Assembly: GCA_963833985.1 (NCBI GenBank)
Contig: CAWIAD010000002.1
Coordinates: 3,040,001-3,104,000, forward strand
Length of the DNA: 64,000 bases
Source: an uncultured Planctomycetaceae bacterium
GTDB lineage: Bacteria; Planctomycetota; Planctomycetia; Isosphaerales; Isosphaeraceae
Reading direction: 5' to 3'
In this document: positions 11,128 through 21,105 of the stretch, one piece after another
Numbering within the stretch: position 1 is the first letter of the stretch
Layout of the letters: each line of letters opens with the position of its first letter
Translations under genes and position numbers: made by a program
Notes under the pieces: model-generated
Seen by the model: only the letters and a program-made list of their open reading frames with translations
Database searches by the model: none
What the model was told of the DNA's origin: nothing

Positions 11128-12402
11128 ATGACCGAACCCTCCACCCCCAGTCGCCGCGATTTTCTCAAGGCGTCGACCGCTGCGACGGCCGGCCTGGCCT
11201 TCCTGCCCAACGCCCACGCCAAGGGCAACGACACCATCAAGGTCGGATTGATTGGCTGCGGAGGCCGCGGTACCGGGGCGGCCGATAACATCTGCGAGGC
11301 GGCCGGCACCACCTACAACATCAAGATTCACGCACTTGCCGACGTCTTCGAGGATCGCCTCCGCAACTGCCGCGACGCGATCAAGAATTCCAATCATGGC
11401 CGGGACAAGTTCGACATCTCCGACGACCGCTGCTTCGTCGGCTTCGACGCCTACCAGAAGGTGATCGAGTGCTGCGACCTGGTGATGCTGGCAACCCCGC
11501 CGGGCTTCCGTCCCCAGCACATCGAGGCGGTGGTGAAAGCCGGCAAGAACCTGTTCACGGAGAAGCCCGTGGGCGTGGACCCGACCGGCATCCGCAAGGT
11601 GCTCGCCGCACACGAGGTGGCCAGGGACAAGAAGCTCTGCGTCGTCGCGGGAACCCAGCGCCGCCATGAGGCCGGGTACATCGAGGGAATCAAGCGCATC
11701 CACGACGGTGCCATCGGCGATGTCACCTCGGGCCGGGTCTACTGGAACGGCGGGGCCATCTGGGCCAACAAGCGGCAGCCAGGCTGGAGCGATACGGAGT
11801 ACCAGATGCGCAACTGGTACCACTTCACCTGGCTGTGCGGCGACCATATCGTCGAGCAGCACGTGCACAACCTGGACGTCACCTGCTGGGTGCTGGGCCA
11901 TCCTCCGGTCCGCGCCGTGGGCATGGGCGGCCGCCAGGGGCCCAGCGAGCCCGAGAAGGGGCAGAGCTACGACCACTTCGCGGTCGACTTCGAGTTCCCC
12001 AATGATGTGCACATCATGAGCATGTGCCGCCAGATCGAAGGCTGCGAGAACAATGTCTCCGAATCGTTCACCGGCACCACCGGGCAGTTCCATAGCGGCG
12101 GCTTCCGGTTCACTGGCAAGTCGAACACGCGGGTCCGCGCCCGGGGCATCAACCCCTACGTGCAGGAGCACATCGACCTGCTCGAGAGCATCGTTTCCGG
12201 CAAGCCGATCAATGAGCTGAAGCAGGTGGCCGAGAGCACTCTCGTGGCCATCATGGGACGGTTGTCCGCCTACACGGGCAAAGCGCTCACCTGGGATCAG
12301 GTGCTCAACTCCAAGCTGGACACCTTCCCGCAGCACCTGGACATGAAGGGCTCCATGGAAGAAGGCCAGCTGGCAAGGCCGGGCGTCACCGAATTCATCT
12401 GA
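11128..12402 (+). CDS. Gfo/Idh/MocA family oxidoreductase, Tat-exported
   Basis: SRRDFLK Tat motif; GLIGCGGRG; ATPPGFRPQH; EKPVGVD. Confidence 0.92.
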   Translation: MTEPSTPSRRDFLKASTAATAGLAFLPNAHAKGNDTIKVGLIGCGGRGTGAADNICEAAGTTYNIKIHALADVFEDRLRNCRDAIKNSNHGRDKFDISDDRCFVGFDAYQKVIECCDLVMLATPPGFRPQHIEAVVKAGKNLFTEKPVGVDPTGIRKVLAAHEVARDKKLCVVAGTQRRHEAGYIEGIKRIHDGAIGDVTSGRVYWNGGAIWANKRQPGWSDTEYQMRNWYHFTWLCGDHIVEQHVHNLDVTCWVLGHPPVRAVGMGGRQGPSEPEKGQSYDHFAVDFEFPNDVHIMSMCRQIEGCENNVSESFTGTTGQFHSGGFRFTGKSNTRVRARGINPYVQEHIDLLESIVSGKPINELKQVAESTLVAIMGRLSAYTGKALTWDQVLNSKLDTFPQHLDMKGSMEEGQLARPGVTEFI

Positions 12403-12494
12403 CCCTTCGAGCGACCGCGCGGGCCAGGGGAGTGGAGCAAGCCAGCACCATTCCGCTGGCCCGTGCCGCGCCGGAACATTCGAGAGGCGGTCTC

Positions 12495-13364
12495 ATGCTC
12501 AAGACACTCTGTGCAAGCCTGCTCGCGCTCGTCCTCGGAACCACGCTGCACGCCGCGGATACCACCAAGGTCGTCCTGGTGGCCGGGCATCCCAGCCATG
12601 GACCCGGCGAGCATGAGTTCAATGCGGGCTGCAAGCTCCTCGGCAAGTGCCTGGCCCAGGTGCCGGGCATCGAGCCCGTTATTGTCACCGGCGGCTGGCC
12701 CAGGGATGAGTCGGTCTTCGAGGGTGCCAGGGCACTGGTGTTCTTCATGGACGGCGGGGGCGGCCACCCCATGATCCAGCGCGATCACCTGGCGAAACTT
12801 CAGAAGCTGATGGACAAGGGTGTCGGCGTGGCCTGCCTGCACTATGCCGTTGAGGTGCCCAGGGGAGAGCCCGGCAACAAGTTCCTCGACTGGCTGGGTG
12901 GGTACTACGAGACCGGATATTCCACCAACCCGCACTGGAAGGCCGAGATCGTGTCCCTGCCGCGGCATCCCATCACCTCCGGCGTGCAGCCGTTTGCCCT
13001 GCGCGACGAGTGGTACTTCAACATCCGCTTCCGCCCCGAGATGAAGGGCATCACGCCGATCCTTATGGCCAGGCCCGACGACCGTACACGGCAGGGGGTG
13101 TCCTCGGCCCCGCGCGGGCCGTACAGGCACATCGTGGAGGCCAAGGGCCGCGACGAGGTGCTTGCCTGGGCCGTGGAGCGGCCCGACGGCGGCCGCGGGT
13201 TTGGCTTCACCGGAGCACACTTCCACAGCAACTGGGGCGACCCGAACTTCCGCAAGCTGGTCCTGAACGCCATCCTCTGGACGGCCGGAGTGGACGTGCC
13301 CGCGGCCGGGGTGGAAAGCCGCCTGACTCCCGAGGAGCTGAAGGCGAACCTCGACCCGAAGTGA
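12495..13364 (+). CDS. ThuA (trehalose utilisation)-like domain protein
   Basis: SHGPGEHE, HPITSGV, DEWYFN, GRGFGFTGAHFHSNW, LNAILWTAG. Confidence 0.85.
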   Translation: MLKTLCASLLALVLGTTLHAADTTKVVLVAGHPSHGPGEHEFNAGCKLLGKCLAQVPGIEPVIVTGGWPRDESVFEGARALVFFMDGGGGHPMIQRDHLAKLQKLMDKGVGVACLHYAVEVPRGEPGNKFLDWLGGYYETGYSTNPHWKAEIVSLPRHPITSGVQPFALRDEWYFNIRFRPEMKGITPILMARPDDRTRQGVSSAPRGPYRHIVEAKGRDEVLAWAVERPDGGRGFGFTGAHFHSNWGDPNFRKLVLNAILWTAGVDVPAAGVESRLTPEELKANLDPK

Positions 13365-13402
13365 TGCGCACGGTCCCGAACGACATCTCGCAAATCGAAC
13401 CG

Positions 13403-13432
13403 GCTCGCCCTGGTCACGGGGCGGGCTTCTTC
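13403..13432 (+). terminator. Putative intrinsic terminator
   Basis: GCTCGCCC-loop-GGGCGGGC stem followed by TTCTTCT, after the ThuA-like gene. Confidence 0.4.
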
Positions 13433-13479
13433 TCTCTGTCCCTGCACCAGCCCCTCGAAAAACCTGGGGCTGTGCCCCG

Positions 13480-13507
13480 TTGACAACGGGCCGGATCCAG
13501 CTAGACT
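13480..13507 (+). promoter_or_regulatory. Putative sigma70 promoter
   Basis: TTGACA-16 nt-TAGACT upstream of the next three co-oriented genes. Confidence 0.4.
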
Positions 13508-13791
13508 CCTCAAGGTAATCGATTACCCTGCGCGATTTCTGGAAACGCCGGCGCAGCGAGGGTCGCCGATGTTCGATCGCACGTCGTGGATGCCTGATCC
13601 CGTCGGGAAGGTCGCCCGCGGCCCCGGCAGCAGCACCTCACGGCCGGACTCTCCGGTGACGTGCCCGATGCTCTGGCCGCGTCCTGAGCCGGCCTGGGTC
13701 CAGGCCGCGCCTTCGGAGGGTCTTGCTTGCCTGTTGCGCCGGGCGGTGTTCCCGTCCTCAGATCCCAACACACACGTCAATGGATTTGCTT

Positions 13792-15729
13792 ATGAACAGG
13801 TCGATGAAAGCTCTTGTCATCCTGCTGACGGCCGTCACAGGAGGCAGCCCGGCTCATGGCGAGGGGCATTACCGGAGCTTCACCGTGTCCACCTACGCCA
13901 TCCAGAGCACCGTCCAGGGCCTGATGCGCGGCAACCCTGATCCCGAGCGGTCGTGGGCCACCCTGACGCGCACGCTCAAGATCGACAAGATCTACCTCGA
14001 GGTCATGCGCAACCACACGCTCGTCGATGAAACGGGCCTGGAGAAACTGAAGAAGTTCTTCCAGGATCGGGGCGTGCAGGTTTGCGGTGGCCTGGCCTAC
14101 AGCAGCAGCGAAAGCAACGGCTATCAGGGCTTCGATTACGCGGACCCGGAGAACCGCCGGTTCGCTCGAGAGGCCGTGGAAATGGCCGCCCGCCATTTCG
14201 ATGAGATCCTCCTCGACGACTACTACTTCTTCGATCGCAAGACGGATTTCGACATCAAGGCCAAGGGCCGCAGGTCGTGGACGCAGTATCGTCTGGAATC
14301 CATGCGCGAGGTGACCGAGAACCTCATCATCAAGCCCGCCAGGGCCGTCAATCCGAAATGCAAGGTCATCATCAAGATGGCGAACTGGTATGACCAGTAT
14401 GCCGGCATGGGAAACGACACGGAACGAGTGCCGCTGATCGTCGACGGCATGTTCTGCGGCACCGAATCGCGTCTCTGGGCCGGGCAGGAACAGCACCTCC
14501 AGCCGTACCTCAGCTATGACATCATGCGCTTCATGGATAACCTCAAGCCGGGTGTCAACAAGGGCGGCTGGGTCGATCAGGGCGGGGCCAATCCCATTGA
14601 CCGCTACGCCGAGCAGCTTCTGGACACGGTCTTTTCGCGTGGCCCGGAAGTGTGCTGCTTTCACTATTCCGGCATACTGCGGCCGGTCCGGCCCAGCGCG
14701 ATCACCGAACGCGCCTGGGCCGAGCAGCCCACCAGCCTCAATTTCCAGGAGCTGAAGAAAAGCCTCCGTCCAGACGACGGGAATCCCACTTTCGCCGACG
14801 TTGCCGCCTATACCCTGGGCCAGGTCGACAAGGTCCTCGTCAAGCTGGGCAAACCCGTGGGCGTCAAGGCGTACACGCCCTATCACGCTACCGGCGAGGA
14901 ATTTCTCCACGACTACCTGGGCATGATCGGCGTGCCCATGGACATATTTCCCCAGTTCCCTGCCGACGCCGGCATGGTGCTTCTGACGGAGCAGGCCAGG
15001 CTCGACCCCGACATCATCAGCAAGATCCAGGGACAGCTCGAGGCCGGCAAGTCCGTCTGCGTCACCTCCGGATTCCTTCGTGCCATGAAGGGCAAGGGGA
15101 TCGAGGAGATCTGCGAGGTCGAAACCACCGGCGCCACCGTGCCGGTCCGCGGCTTTGCCTTCGCCGGCGGCCCCGGGGCGCCCTTCCCCAGGGACCGCGG
15201 CCCCACCGAAGCCGCGCGTGACATCCTCATCCCCGAGATCAAGTACTTCAACATCCTGACGCACGACGCCTGGGGCGATGCCCTGGGCATCTCTCCCGGC
15301 GGCACGACCTACCCGATCCTGCTCTCCTGCGACTACTCCAGGGGCAAGTTCTACGTGCTGACCATTCCCAACGACCCCGCCGACCTCTACGCCCTCCCTG
15401 CTCGCGTGCTCGCGGTCATCCGCGCCGCGCTGGGTGCCGCGGAGCCCATCCGCATCGAGACGGCTCCCGCGCAGGTCGCCCTCTTTCGTTACGACAACGG
15501 CACCTTCATCGTCCAGAACTACCTGTCCACGGCTGCGGATGTCACCGTCTCCGTCGCCGGCCAGGTCACACAGATTCATAACCTGCAAACCGGCGAGGGC
15601 CTGGCGCCCGCCACGGCGGCCGGGCGCGGTTTCGGCGGTTTCCCCGGCCGCAGACCAGCGGCTCCGCCGCGTACCTCCTTCACGTTCACCGTCTTGCCTC
15701 ATTCGTACATGGCCTTCGAAGCGAAATAA
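13792..15729 (+). CDS. Exported hypothetical protein, probable glycoside-hydrolase-like TIM barrel
   Basis: Signal peptide; FDEILLDDYYF; long ORF with strong GC3 bias; next to GH43. Confidence 0.7.
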   Translation: MNRSMKALVILLTAVTGGSPAHGEGHYRSFTVSTYAIQSTVQGLMRGNPDPERSWATLTRTLKIDKIYLEVMRNHTLVDETGLEKLKKFFQDRGVQVCGGLAYSSSESNGYQGFDYADPENRRFAREAVEMAARHFDEILLDDYYFFDRKTDFDIKAKGRRSWTQYRLESMREVTENLIIKPARAVNPKCKVIIKMANWYDQYAGMGNDTERVPLIVDGMFCGTESRLWAGQEQHLQPYLSYDIMRFMDNLKPGVNKGGWVDQGGANPIDRYAEQLLDTVFSRGPEVCCFHYSGILRPVRPSAITERAWAEQPTSLNFQELKKSLRPDDGNPTFADVAAYTLGQVDKVLVKLGKPVGVKAYTPYHATGEEFLHDYLGMIGVPMDIFPQFPADAGMVLLTEQARLDPDIISKIQGQLEAGKSVCVTSGFLRAMKGKGIEEICEVETTGATVPVRGFAFAGGPGAPFPRDRGPTEAARDILIPEIKYFNILTHDAWGDALGISPGGTTYPILLSCDYSRGKFYVLTIPNDPADLYALPARVLAVIRAALGAAEPIRIETAPAQVALFRYDNGTFIVQNYLSTAADVTVSVAGQVTQIHNLQTGEGLAPATAAGRGFGGFPGRRPAAPPRTSFTFTVLPHSYMAFEAK

Positions 15730-15805
15730 GCCTTCAGGGCCGGTGTTTCACGGCCAGTGAATGCGTGTTCCGCCGACAGATAAGGACCACCTGACGGAGG
15801 ACATC

Positions 15806-16879
15806 TTGAAGCGACTGAAACTCGCCATCGGCGTCTTGATTCTCTTGACGGCATGTGTCACCTGCCTTGCCCAGGACTCATCGAAGGCAGCGGTGCCCCG
15901 CGATGGCTCCTCGAGCACGCCCGTCAGCACCGCACCTGCGCCCTGCGCGTCGTACCCCAGGGACTTCACTCTCGAGGGGAATCCCTTCTTCAAGGACGAT
16001 TTCACCGCGGACCCCGCGCCGCTGGTCCACAAGGGCAACCTCTATCTCTATACGGGGCACGACGAGGCCAAGGGGAAGCAGCAGTATACTATGAACAACT
16101 GGTTCTGCTTCTCCACCACCGACATGAAACACTGGACCGCCCACGGCGTGCTGCTCTCGGCCAGGGATTTCAAGTGGGCCAAGGGAGACGCCTGGGCCTC
16201 GCAGGTCATCGAGCGGGGCGGCAAGTTTTACTGGTACGTCGCGGTTCAGCACGACAGCACTCATAACGGGAAGGCCATCGGCGTGGCGGTGGCGGACGGC
16301 CCGACCGGACCCTTCAAGGACGCGCGCGGCTCGGCGCTGGTCACCGAGGAATTGACCAGGGGACGCCCCTGGGACGACATCGACCCCACGGTCCTCATTG
16401 ATACCGACGGAACTCCCTGGCTCTTCTGGGGCAATGGCACCTGCTATTTCGCCAGGCTCAAGCCCAGCATGATCGAGTTCGACGGTGAGATCCAGCGCAC
16501 CAACCGCCTGGAGCGCTACGTTGAAGGCCCGTGGGTCCACAAACGGGGCAACATGTATTATCTGACTTATGCCTCGATGGGGAAGGGCCGGGAGACAATC
16601 CATTACGCCACGTCCGACAAGATCACCGGCCCATGGACGAACCGCGGCATGATCGTGGACAGCGCCGAGAACAGCTTCACCACCCACCCGGGAGTCGTCG
16701 AATTCCAGGGTCAGTGGTACATGTTCTACCACAATGGTGCCATCAAACGACCCGTCGACGGTGGCGGCTCCTTCCGCCGAAGCGTGTGCATCGACTACCT
16801 CGATTACAACGAGGACGGCACGATCAAGCCGGTGGTCCAGACCCGTCAAGGCATCACAGTCCCGCCATTGAGACCATGA
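15806..16879 (+). CDS. Glycoside hydrolase family 43
   Basis: FTADPAPLV, DAWASQV, DIDPTV, YVEGPW, RSVCIDYL. Confidence 0.92.
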   Translation: MKRLKLAIGVLILLTACVTCLAQDSSKAAVPRDGSSSTPVSTAPAPCASYPRDFTLEGNPFFKDDFTADPAPLVHKGNLYLYTGHDEAKGKQQYTMNNWFCFSTTDMKHWTAHGVLLSARDFKWAKGDAWASQVIERGGKFYWYVAVQHDSTHNGKAIGVAVADGPTGPFKDARGSALVTEELTRGRPWDDIDPTVLIDTDGTPWLFWGNGTCYFARLKPSMIEFDGEIQRTNRLERYVEGPWVHKRGNMYYLTYASMGKGRETIHYATSDKITGPWTNRGMIVDSAENSFTTHPGVVEFQGQWYMFYHNGAIKRPVDGGGSFRRSVCIDYLDYNEDGTIKPVVQTRQGITVPPLRP

Positions 16880-16919
16880 ACAGGGCCGGCCGTACACCGG
16901 CCACTCAGGGAGCGTCCGC

Positions 16920-17972
16920 ATGAGCATCAAGTCAGTCCTCGCACTGGTCCCGGTCGTCTTGCTGGGCTTTGGCACCGCCTCGGTGCGCGCGCAGACGGGT
17001 CCGACATCGCCCAACGGAGCGGTGCCCGGACAGGTGCCGCAGCGTGGCACCCCGGGAGTTGGCCGCGGCGCCGGGGGCCGGCGCCCGTTCGTTCCTCCGG
17101 GACCTCCGGCTCCCGTACCACCGGCCGTCGCCATCACGCGGCCCACCCCCGCGGAACTCGCCACGATCAACGCCCGCCTCAAGCAGTTCATCGAGAGCGA
17201 CAACTCCCCCGATCAGGAGCTGCTCAAGAGGTTCGAGCCGCTCATCCTGGTGCGGATGCCGCGCGACAATCCCTGTATCCGCCCCGCGCCTGGCATCCGC
17301 GGCATGCGGCATGATGCTTTCGTGCAAACCGCCAGGACGGGAGATTATGACATCCTCTTCATTGGAGACTCGATCACCGACCTGTGGAACGTGGAGCGCG
17401 ATCCGTTCGGGAACCCGGGTGGCAAGCGCGTCTTCAACAGGTACTTCGGCGACATGAAGGTTGCCAATTTCGGCGTCTCGGGAGACACCACCCAGGGCGT
17501 CCTGTGGGGCCTGCAAAATGGCGAGGGCCAGGGTCACAAACCCAGGGCCGTCATGCTCATGATCGGCACGAATAACACCGGCAACGCCAGCGGCCCTGAG
17601 ATCGCCGAGGGCATCGGCGCCGATGTTCTGGAACTTCGGAAAGATTTCCCCGACGCCAGGATCATGCTGCTCGCCATCTTCCCCCGAGGCAGCAGGCCCA
17701 CCGATCCCAACCGCGTCAAGATCGAGGAGGCGAACAAGATCATCGCCAGGCTCGACGATCAAAAGCACGTCTTCTTCGTCAACATCAATTCCAAATTCCT
17801 GGATGAGAAGGGGGGCCTGATCGGCTTCCGACCCAGCGACAACCTGCACCCGACCGAACAGGGGTACGAAATCTGGGCGGCTTCCGTGGCGCCGATGCTG
17901 AAGAGCTGGCTCCAGATGCCCACTGCCGCTTCCGAACCCGCGGACACCGCCACGCACCGCCTGAAACGCTGA
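16920..17972 (+). CDS. SGNH/GDSL hydrolase (PAF-acetylhydrolase-like esterase)
   Basis: FIGDSIT, NFGVSGD, MIGTNN, DNLHP. Confidence 0.9.
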   Translation: MSIKSVLALVPVVLLGFGTASVRAQTGPTSPNGAVPGQVPQRGTPGVGRGAGGRRPFVPPGPPAPVPPAVAITRPTPAELATINARLKQFIESDNSPDQELLKRFEPLILVRMPRDNPCIRPAPGIRGMRHDAFVQTARTGDYDILFIGDSITDLWNVERDPFGNPGGKRVFNRYFGDMKVANFGVSGDTTQGVLWGLQNGEGQGHKPRAVMLMIGTNNTGNASGPEIAEGIGADVLELRKDFPDARIMLLAIFPRGSRPTDPNRVKIEEANKIIARLDDQKHVFFVNINSKFLDEKGGLIGFRPSDNLHPTEQGYEIWAASVAPMLKSWLQMPTAASEPADTATHRLKR

Positions 17973-18038
17973 CCGCAACGCCCGCAACGTCTCCCAGCGA
18001 GCGCGACGGTCCCTCGTACCGCGTTAATCTCCACGTGG

Positions 18039-20213
18039 TCACGGCCCGAGCACTGCGCGAGGGGCGGCGCCAGCGGCCTCATCCACCCTGAGCACCTTCA
18101 CCAGGAACGCGAGCTCGTCGGCGGCCTCCTCGATCTGCTTCGCCGTCGGCTTGCCTGCGCCGTGGCCGGCTTTTGTTTCAATCCGGATGAGCGTGGGGTT
18201 ATCACAGGACTGGGCGGCCTGGAGCGCGGCCGCGAACTTGAAGCTGTGCGCGGGGACAACCCGGTCGTCGTGGTCTGCCGTCGTGATCAGCGTCGGCGGA
18301 TAGCATGTTCCCGGCTTGATGTTGTGCAGCGGGCTGTAGGAACGCAGCACCGGGAACTGCCGAGGGTCGTCGGACGAGCCGTAATCATCCACCCAGGCCC
18401 AGCCGATCGTGAACCTGTGGAATCGGAGCATGTCCATCACCCCCACGCCGGGCAGGCACGCGCCGTAGAGATCCGGACGCTGGGTCATGCAGGCGCCGAC
18501 GAGCAGTCCGCCGTTGGATCGGCCCTGGATGGCCAGCTTGCCGCGGTTCGTGTACTTTTCAGCAATCAGCCACTCGGCGGCGGCGATGAAGTCATCGAAG
18601 ACGTTTTGCTTGCTGGAATGGGTTCCCGCCTGGTGCCAGGCCTCGCCGTATTCGCCGCCCCCGCGCAGGTTGGCCACGGCGTAGACTCCGCCCATTTCCA
18701 TCCAGGCCAGAGCCACGGGCCTGAAGCTGGGCGTGACGGGGATGTTGAACCCGCCATAGCCCCAGAGCAGGGTGGGGTTCGTTCCATCGCGCTTCAGTCC
18801 CTTCTTGTGGCTCAGGAACATGGGAATCCTCGTGCCGTCCTTGCTCGGGAAGAAGACCTGCGAGGTTTCATAGTCCTCCGGGCTGAACTTGAGTCGCGGC
18901 CTGCGCCAGAGCGTGCTCGTGCCGCTGGCGACGTCGTAACGGTAGACGGTTTCCGGGGCCTCGAACGAGTTGAACGCGTAGAAGGTCTCGCGGTCCTGAC
19001 GCTTCCCCTGGAAGCCGGCGACCGCCCCAAGGCCCGGCAGAGCGACGTCGCGCACGTGCCGGCCGCGCTCGTCGAGGACGCGAACCGCCGAGTGCGCGTC
19101 TTGCAGGTAAACGGCCACAAACTGCCCGCCCACCAGGTGCACGTTCTGGAGAGTCTCGGCGGCTTCGGGAATGAGCACGCGCCAGTGCTCCGGCTGCGGC
19201 TGACGGGTGTCGATCGCGACGACCTTGCCGCGCGGCGCGTCCTTGTTCGTCTTGAAGTAGAAGACCGGTCCGTCGCTGTCGATGAACGAGTACTCGGCCT
19301 CGAACGCGCCGACGAGGTGCACCGGCGTCTGCTCCGGACGCTCGAGCGGGCGGTAGAGTACCCGGTGCTTGGCGTCGGTTCCCTTGCCTAGAGTGAGGAT
19401 AAGATACTTTCCGTCGTCACTGACTTTCGGGTCGGCCCGCCAGTCCTTGTGTTCGTGATCTTCCCAGACGAGGACATCATCGGCCTGAGACGTGCCGATG
19501 CGATGCAAGTAAAGCTTCTGAAAGTAATTCGCCGCTCTCAGATCAGCACCTGGGGCGGGCTCGGGAAAGCGGCCGTAGTAGAAACCCTTGCCGCCGGGTT
19601 CCCACTCGGCGCCGGAGAACTTGATCCACTTCAGATGGTCGTCCAGGTCGCGTCCCGTCGCGACGTCCCGGACCTTCCATTCGTTCCAGTCCGAGCCGGC
19701 GGCAGCGGTCCCGTACGCCAGCAGCTTGCCGTCGCGGCTGGGCTCAACGCCGGCCAGCGCCACGGTACCGTCGCGGGAGAGGGCGTTCGGATCCAGCAGT
19801 ATCCTGGGCTGGGCGTCGGCCGCGTCGGCCACGAAGAGCACGGCCTGGTTCTGCAACCCGGTGTTGAAGGTGAAGAAAAGGCGATTCCCTTCGATAAGCG
19901 GTGGACTGAACTTCTCGTAGTCCCAGAGCGCCTCCAGCCGGGCGCGGATGGCGGGCCGGCGGGCAATTCCCTCCAAAAACCCGAACGTGATCTTGTTCTC
20001 CGCCTCGACCCAGGCGCGGGTCGCTACTGCGTCGGGGTCTTCGAGCGGGCGATACGGGTCGGCAACCTTGACGCCATGATAATCCTCGACCGTGTCGCTC
20101 CGCGGCGCCTCGGGATAGCGCGGACGCCCGGGAACATCGTCCCCTTGAACCTGGCCAGTAGCCATTCCTCCCACAAGGATCAACACCGCAATCACGTCTC
20201 TTCTGGGGCGCAT
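18039..20213 (-). CDS. Prolyl oligopeptidase (S9A)
   Basis: VADPYRPLED, GRSNGGLL (nucleophile), DHDDRVVPAHS, AGHGAGK. Confidence 0.95.
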   Translation of the reverse strand: MRPRRDVIAVLILVGGMATGQVQGDDVPGRPRYPEAPRSDTVEDYHGVKVADPYRPLEDPDAVATRAWVEAENKITFGFLEGIARRPAIRARLEALWDYEKFSPPLIEGNRLFFTFNTGLQNQAVLFVADAADAQPRILLDPNALSRDGTVALAGVEPSRDGKLLAYGTAAAGSDWNEWKVRDVATGRDLDDHLKWIKFSGAEWEPGGKGFYYGRFPEPAPGADLRAANYFQKLYLHRIGTSQADDVLVWEDHEHKDWRADPKVSDDGKYLILTLGKGTDAKHRVLYRPLERPEQTPVHLVGAFEAEYSFIDSDGPVFYFKTNKDAPRGKVVAIDTRQPQPEHWRVLIPEAAETLQNVHLVGGQFVAVYLQDAHSAVRVLDERGRHVRDVALPGLGAVAGFQGKRQDRETFYAFNSFEAPETVYRYDVASGTSTLWRRPRLKFSPEDYETSQVFFPSKDGTRIPMFLSHKKGLKRDGTNPTLLWGYGGFNIPVTPSFRPVALAWMEMGGVYAVANLRGGGEYGEAWHQAGTHSSKQNVFDDFIAAAEWLIAEKYTNRGKLAIQGRSNGGLLVGACMTQRPDLYGACLPGVGVMDMLRFHRFTIGWAWVDDYGSSDDPRQFPVLRSYSPLHNIKPGTCYPPTLITTADHDDRVVPAHSFKFAAALQAAQSCDNPTLIRIETKAGHGAGKPTAKQIEEAADELAFLVKVLRVDEAAGAAPRAVLGP

Positions 20214-20447
20214 GCCCTTGTCCTTTCAGGCCGCGTGGGAGGCTCCTGGCTCATCGCATCTCCCTTGGCCGGCAAGACCAAGTCTAGAAGGACGGAGCGG
20301 CTCCGCCAAGCGCCCACGTCCCGGCTCCGCCGGGCATTCTTTTTTGTCTAAAGAAAATCAAGCTTGACTTGAAGAAAATGGAACTCAATAATCTTCATGT
20401 CGGGTTAAATATTCTTGAGGTTGGCACAGGTCGGAGGCACCCAAAGA

Positions 20448-20759
20448 ATGGACGACAACGGAGTGGATCGGCCGGCGTGGATGGCCGCACTCGACCCCGA
20501 GGATTGCCAGTTTCTCCGTCGCTTCCTGCTCGCCTCCGGCTCGCTCAAGGAGCTGGCGGAGGAGTACGACGTGTCGTATCCCACGATCAGGTCCCGGCTC
20601 GACCGGCTGATCGCGAAGGTGAGCGCGGCCGAGGATCCGAAGGCAACCGATCCGTTCGTGCGCAAGGTCCAGGTTCTCGTGGCCGACGGCGCGTTGCCGC
20701 AGGCCGTGGCGAGGGAATTACTTGAGACGTATCGAAAATCGAAACGAGGGAGATCCTGA
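20448..20759 (+). CDS. DUF2089-family HTH protein
   Basis: FLRRFLLASGSLKELAEEYDVSYPTIRSRLDRLI. Confidence 0.85.
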   Translation: MDDNGVDRPAWMAALDPEDCQFLRRFLLASGSLKELAEEYDVSYPTIRSRLDRLIAKVSAAEDPKATDPFVRKVQVLVADGALPQAVARELLETYRKSKRGRS

Positions 20760-20761
20760 CG

Positions 20762-21100
20762 ATGAATGAGCTCTGGTTCGATCCCAATCACTATGCGTGG
20801 ATTCCGGGAACGCTGCTCGGCGTCCTGGGCGGGCTCTGGGGATCGCTGGCGGGTCTGCTGGCGCCTCGAGGAAAGGCGAAATCGCTCATGCTCGGCAGCC
20901 TCGGACTGATGCTGACCGCCTGCGCTGTCTGCTTGATGCTGGGTGTCATCGCACTCCTGAGGCATCAACCTTACGGCGTATGGTACGCCCTGCTGTTTCC
21001 CGGAGTCCTTGGCCTGTTCCTGTTCCCGGTCCTGACCCCCGTGGTCCTCTTGCGTTATCGCGAGGCCGAGAATCGGAAGATCCAGGCACGCGACCTGTAA
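20762..21100 (+). CDS. Small membrane protein (3 TM)
   Basis: Hydrophobic helices; QPYGVWY; RYREAENRKIQARDL; coupled to the DUF2089 gene. Confidence 0.8.
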   Translation: MNELWFDPNHYAWIPGTLLGVLGGLWGSLAGLLAPRGKAKSLMLGSLGLMLTACAVCLMLGVIALLRHQPYGVWYALLFPGVLGLFLFPVLTPVVLLRYREAENRKIQARDL

Positions 21101-21105
21101 ACTCT

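Noticed and set aside
13777..15702. Long antisense ORFs (also 11023-12336, 15878-17203, 32206-33783, 46352-47662, 61658-62551)
   Set aside because: Shadow ORFs of well-supported opposite-strand genes in high-GC DNA
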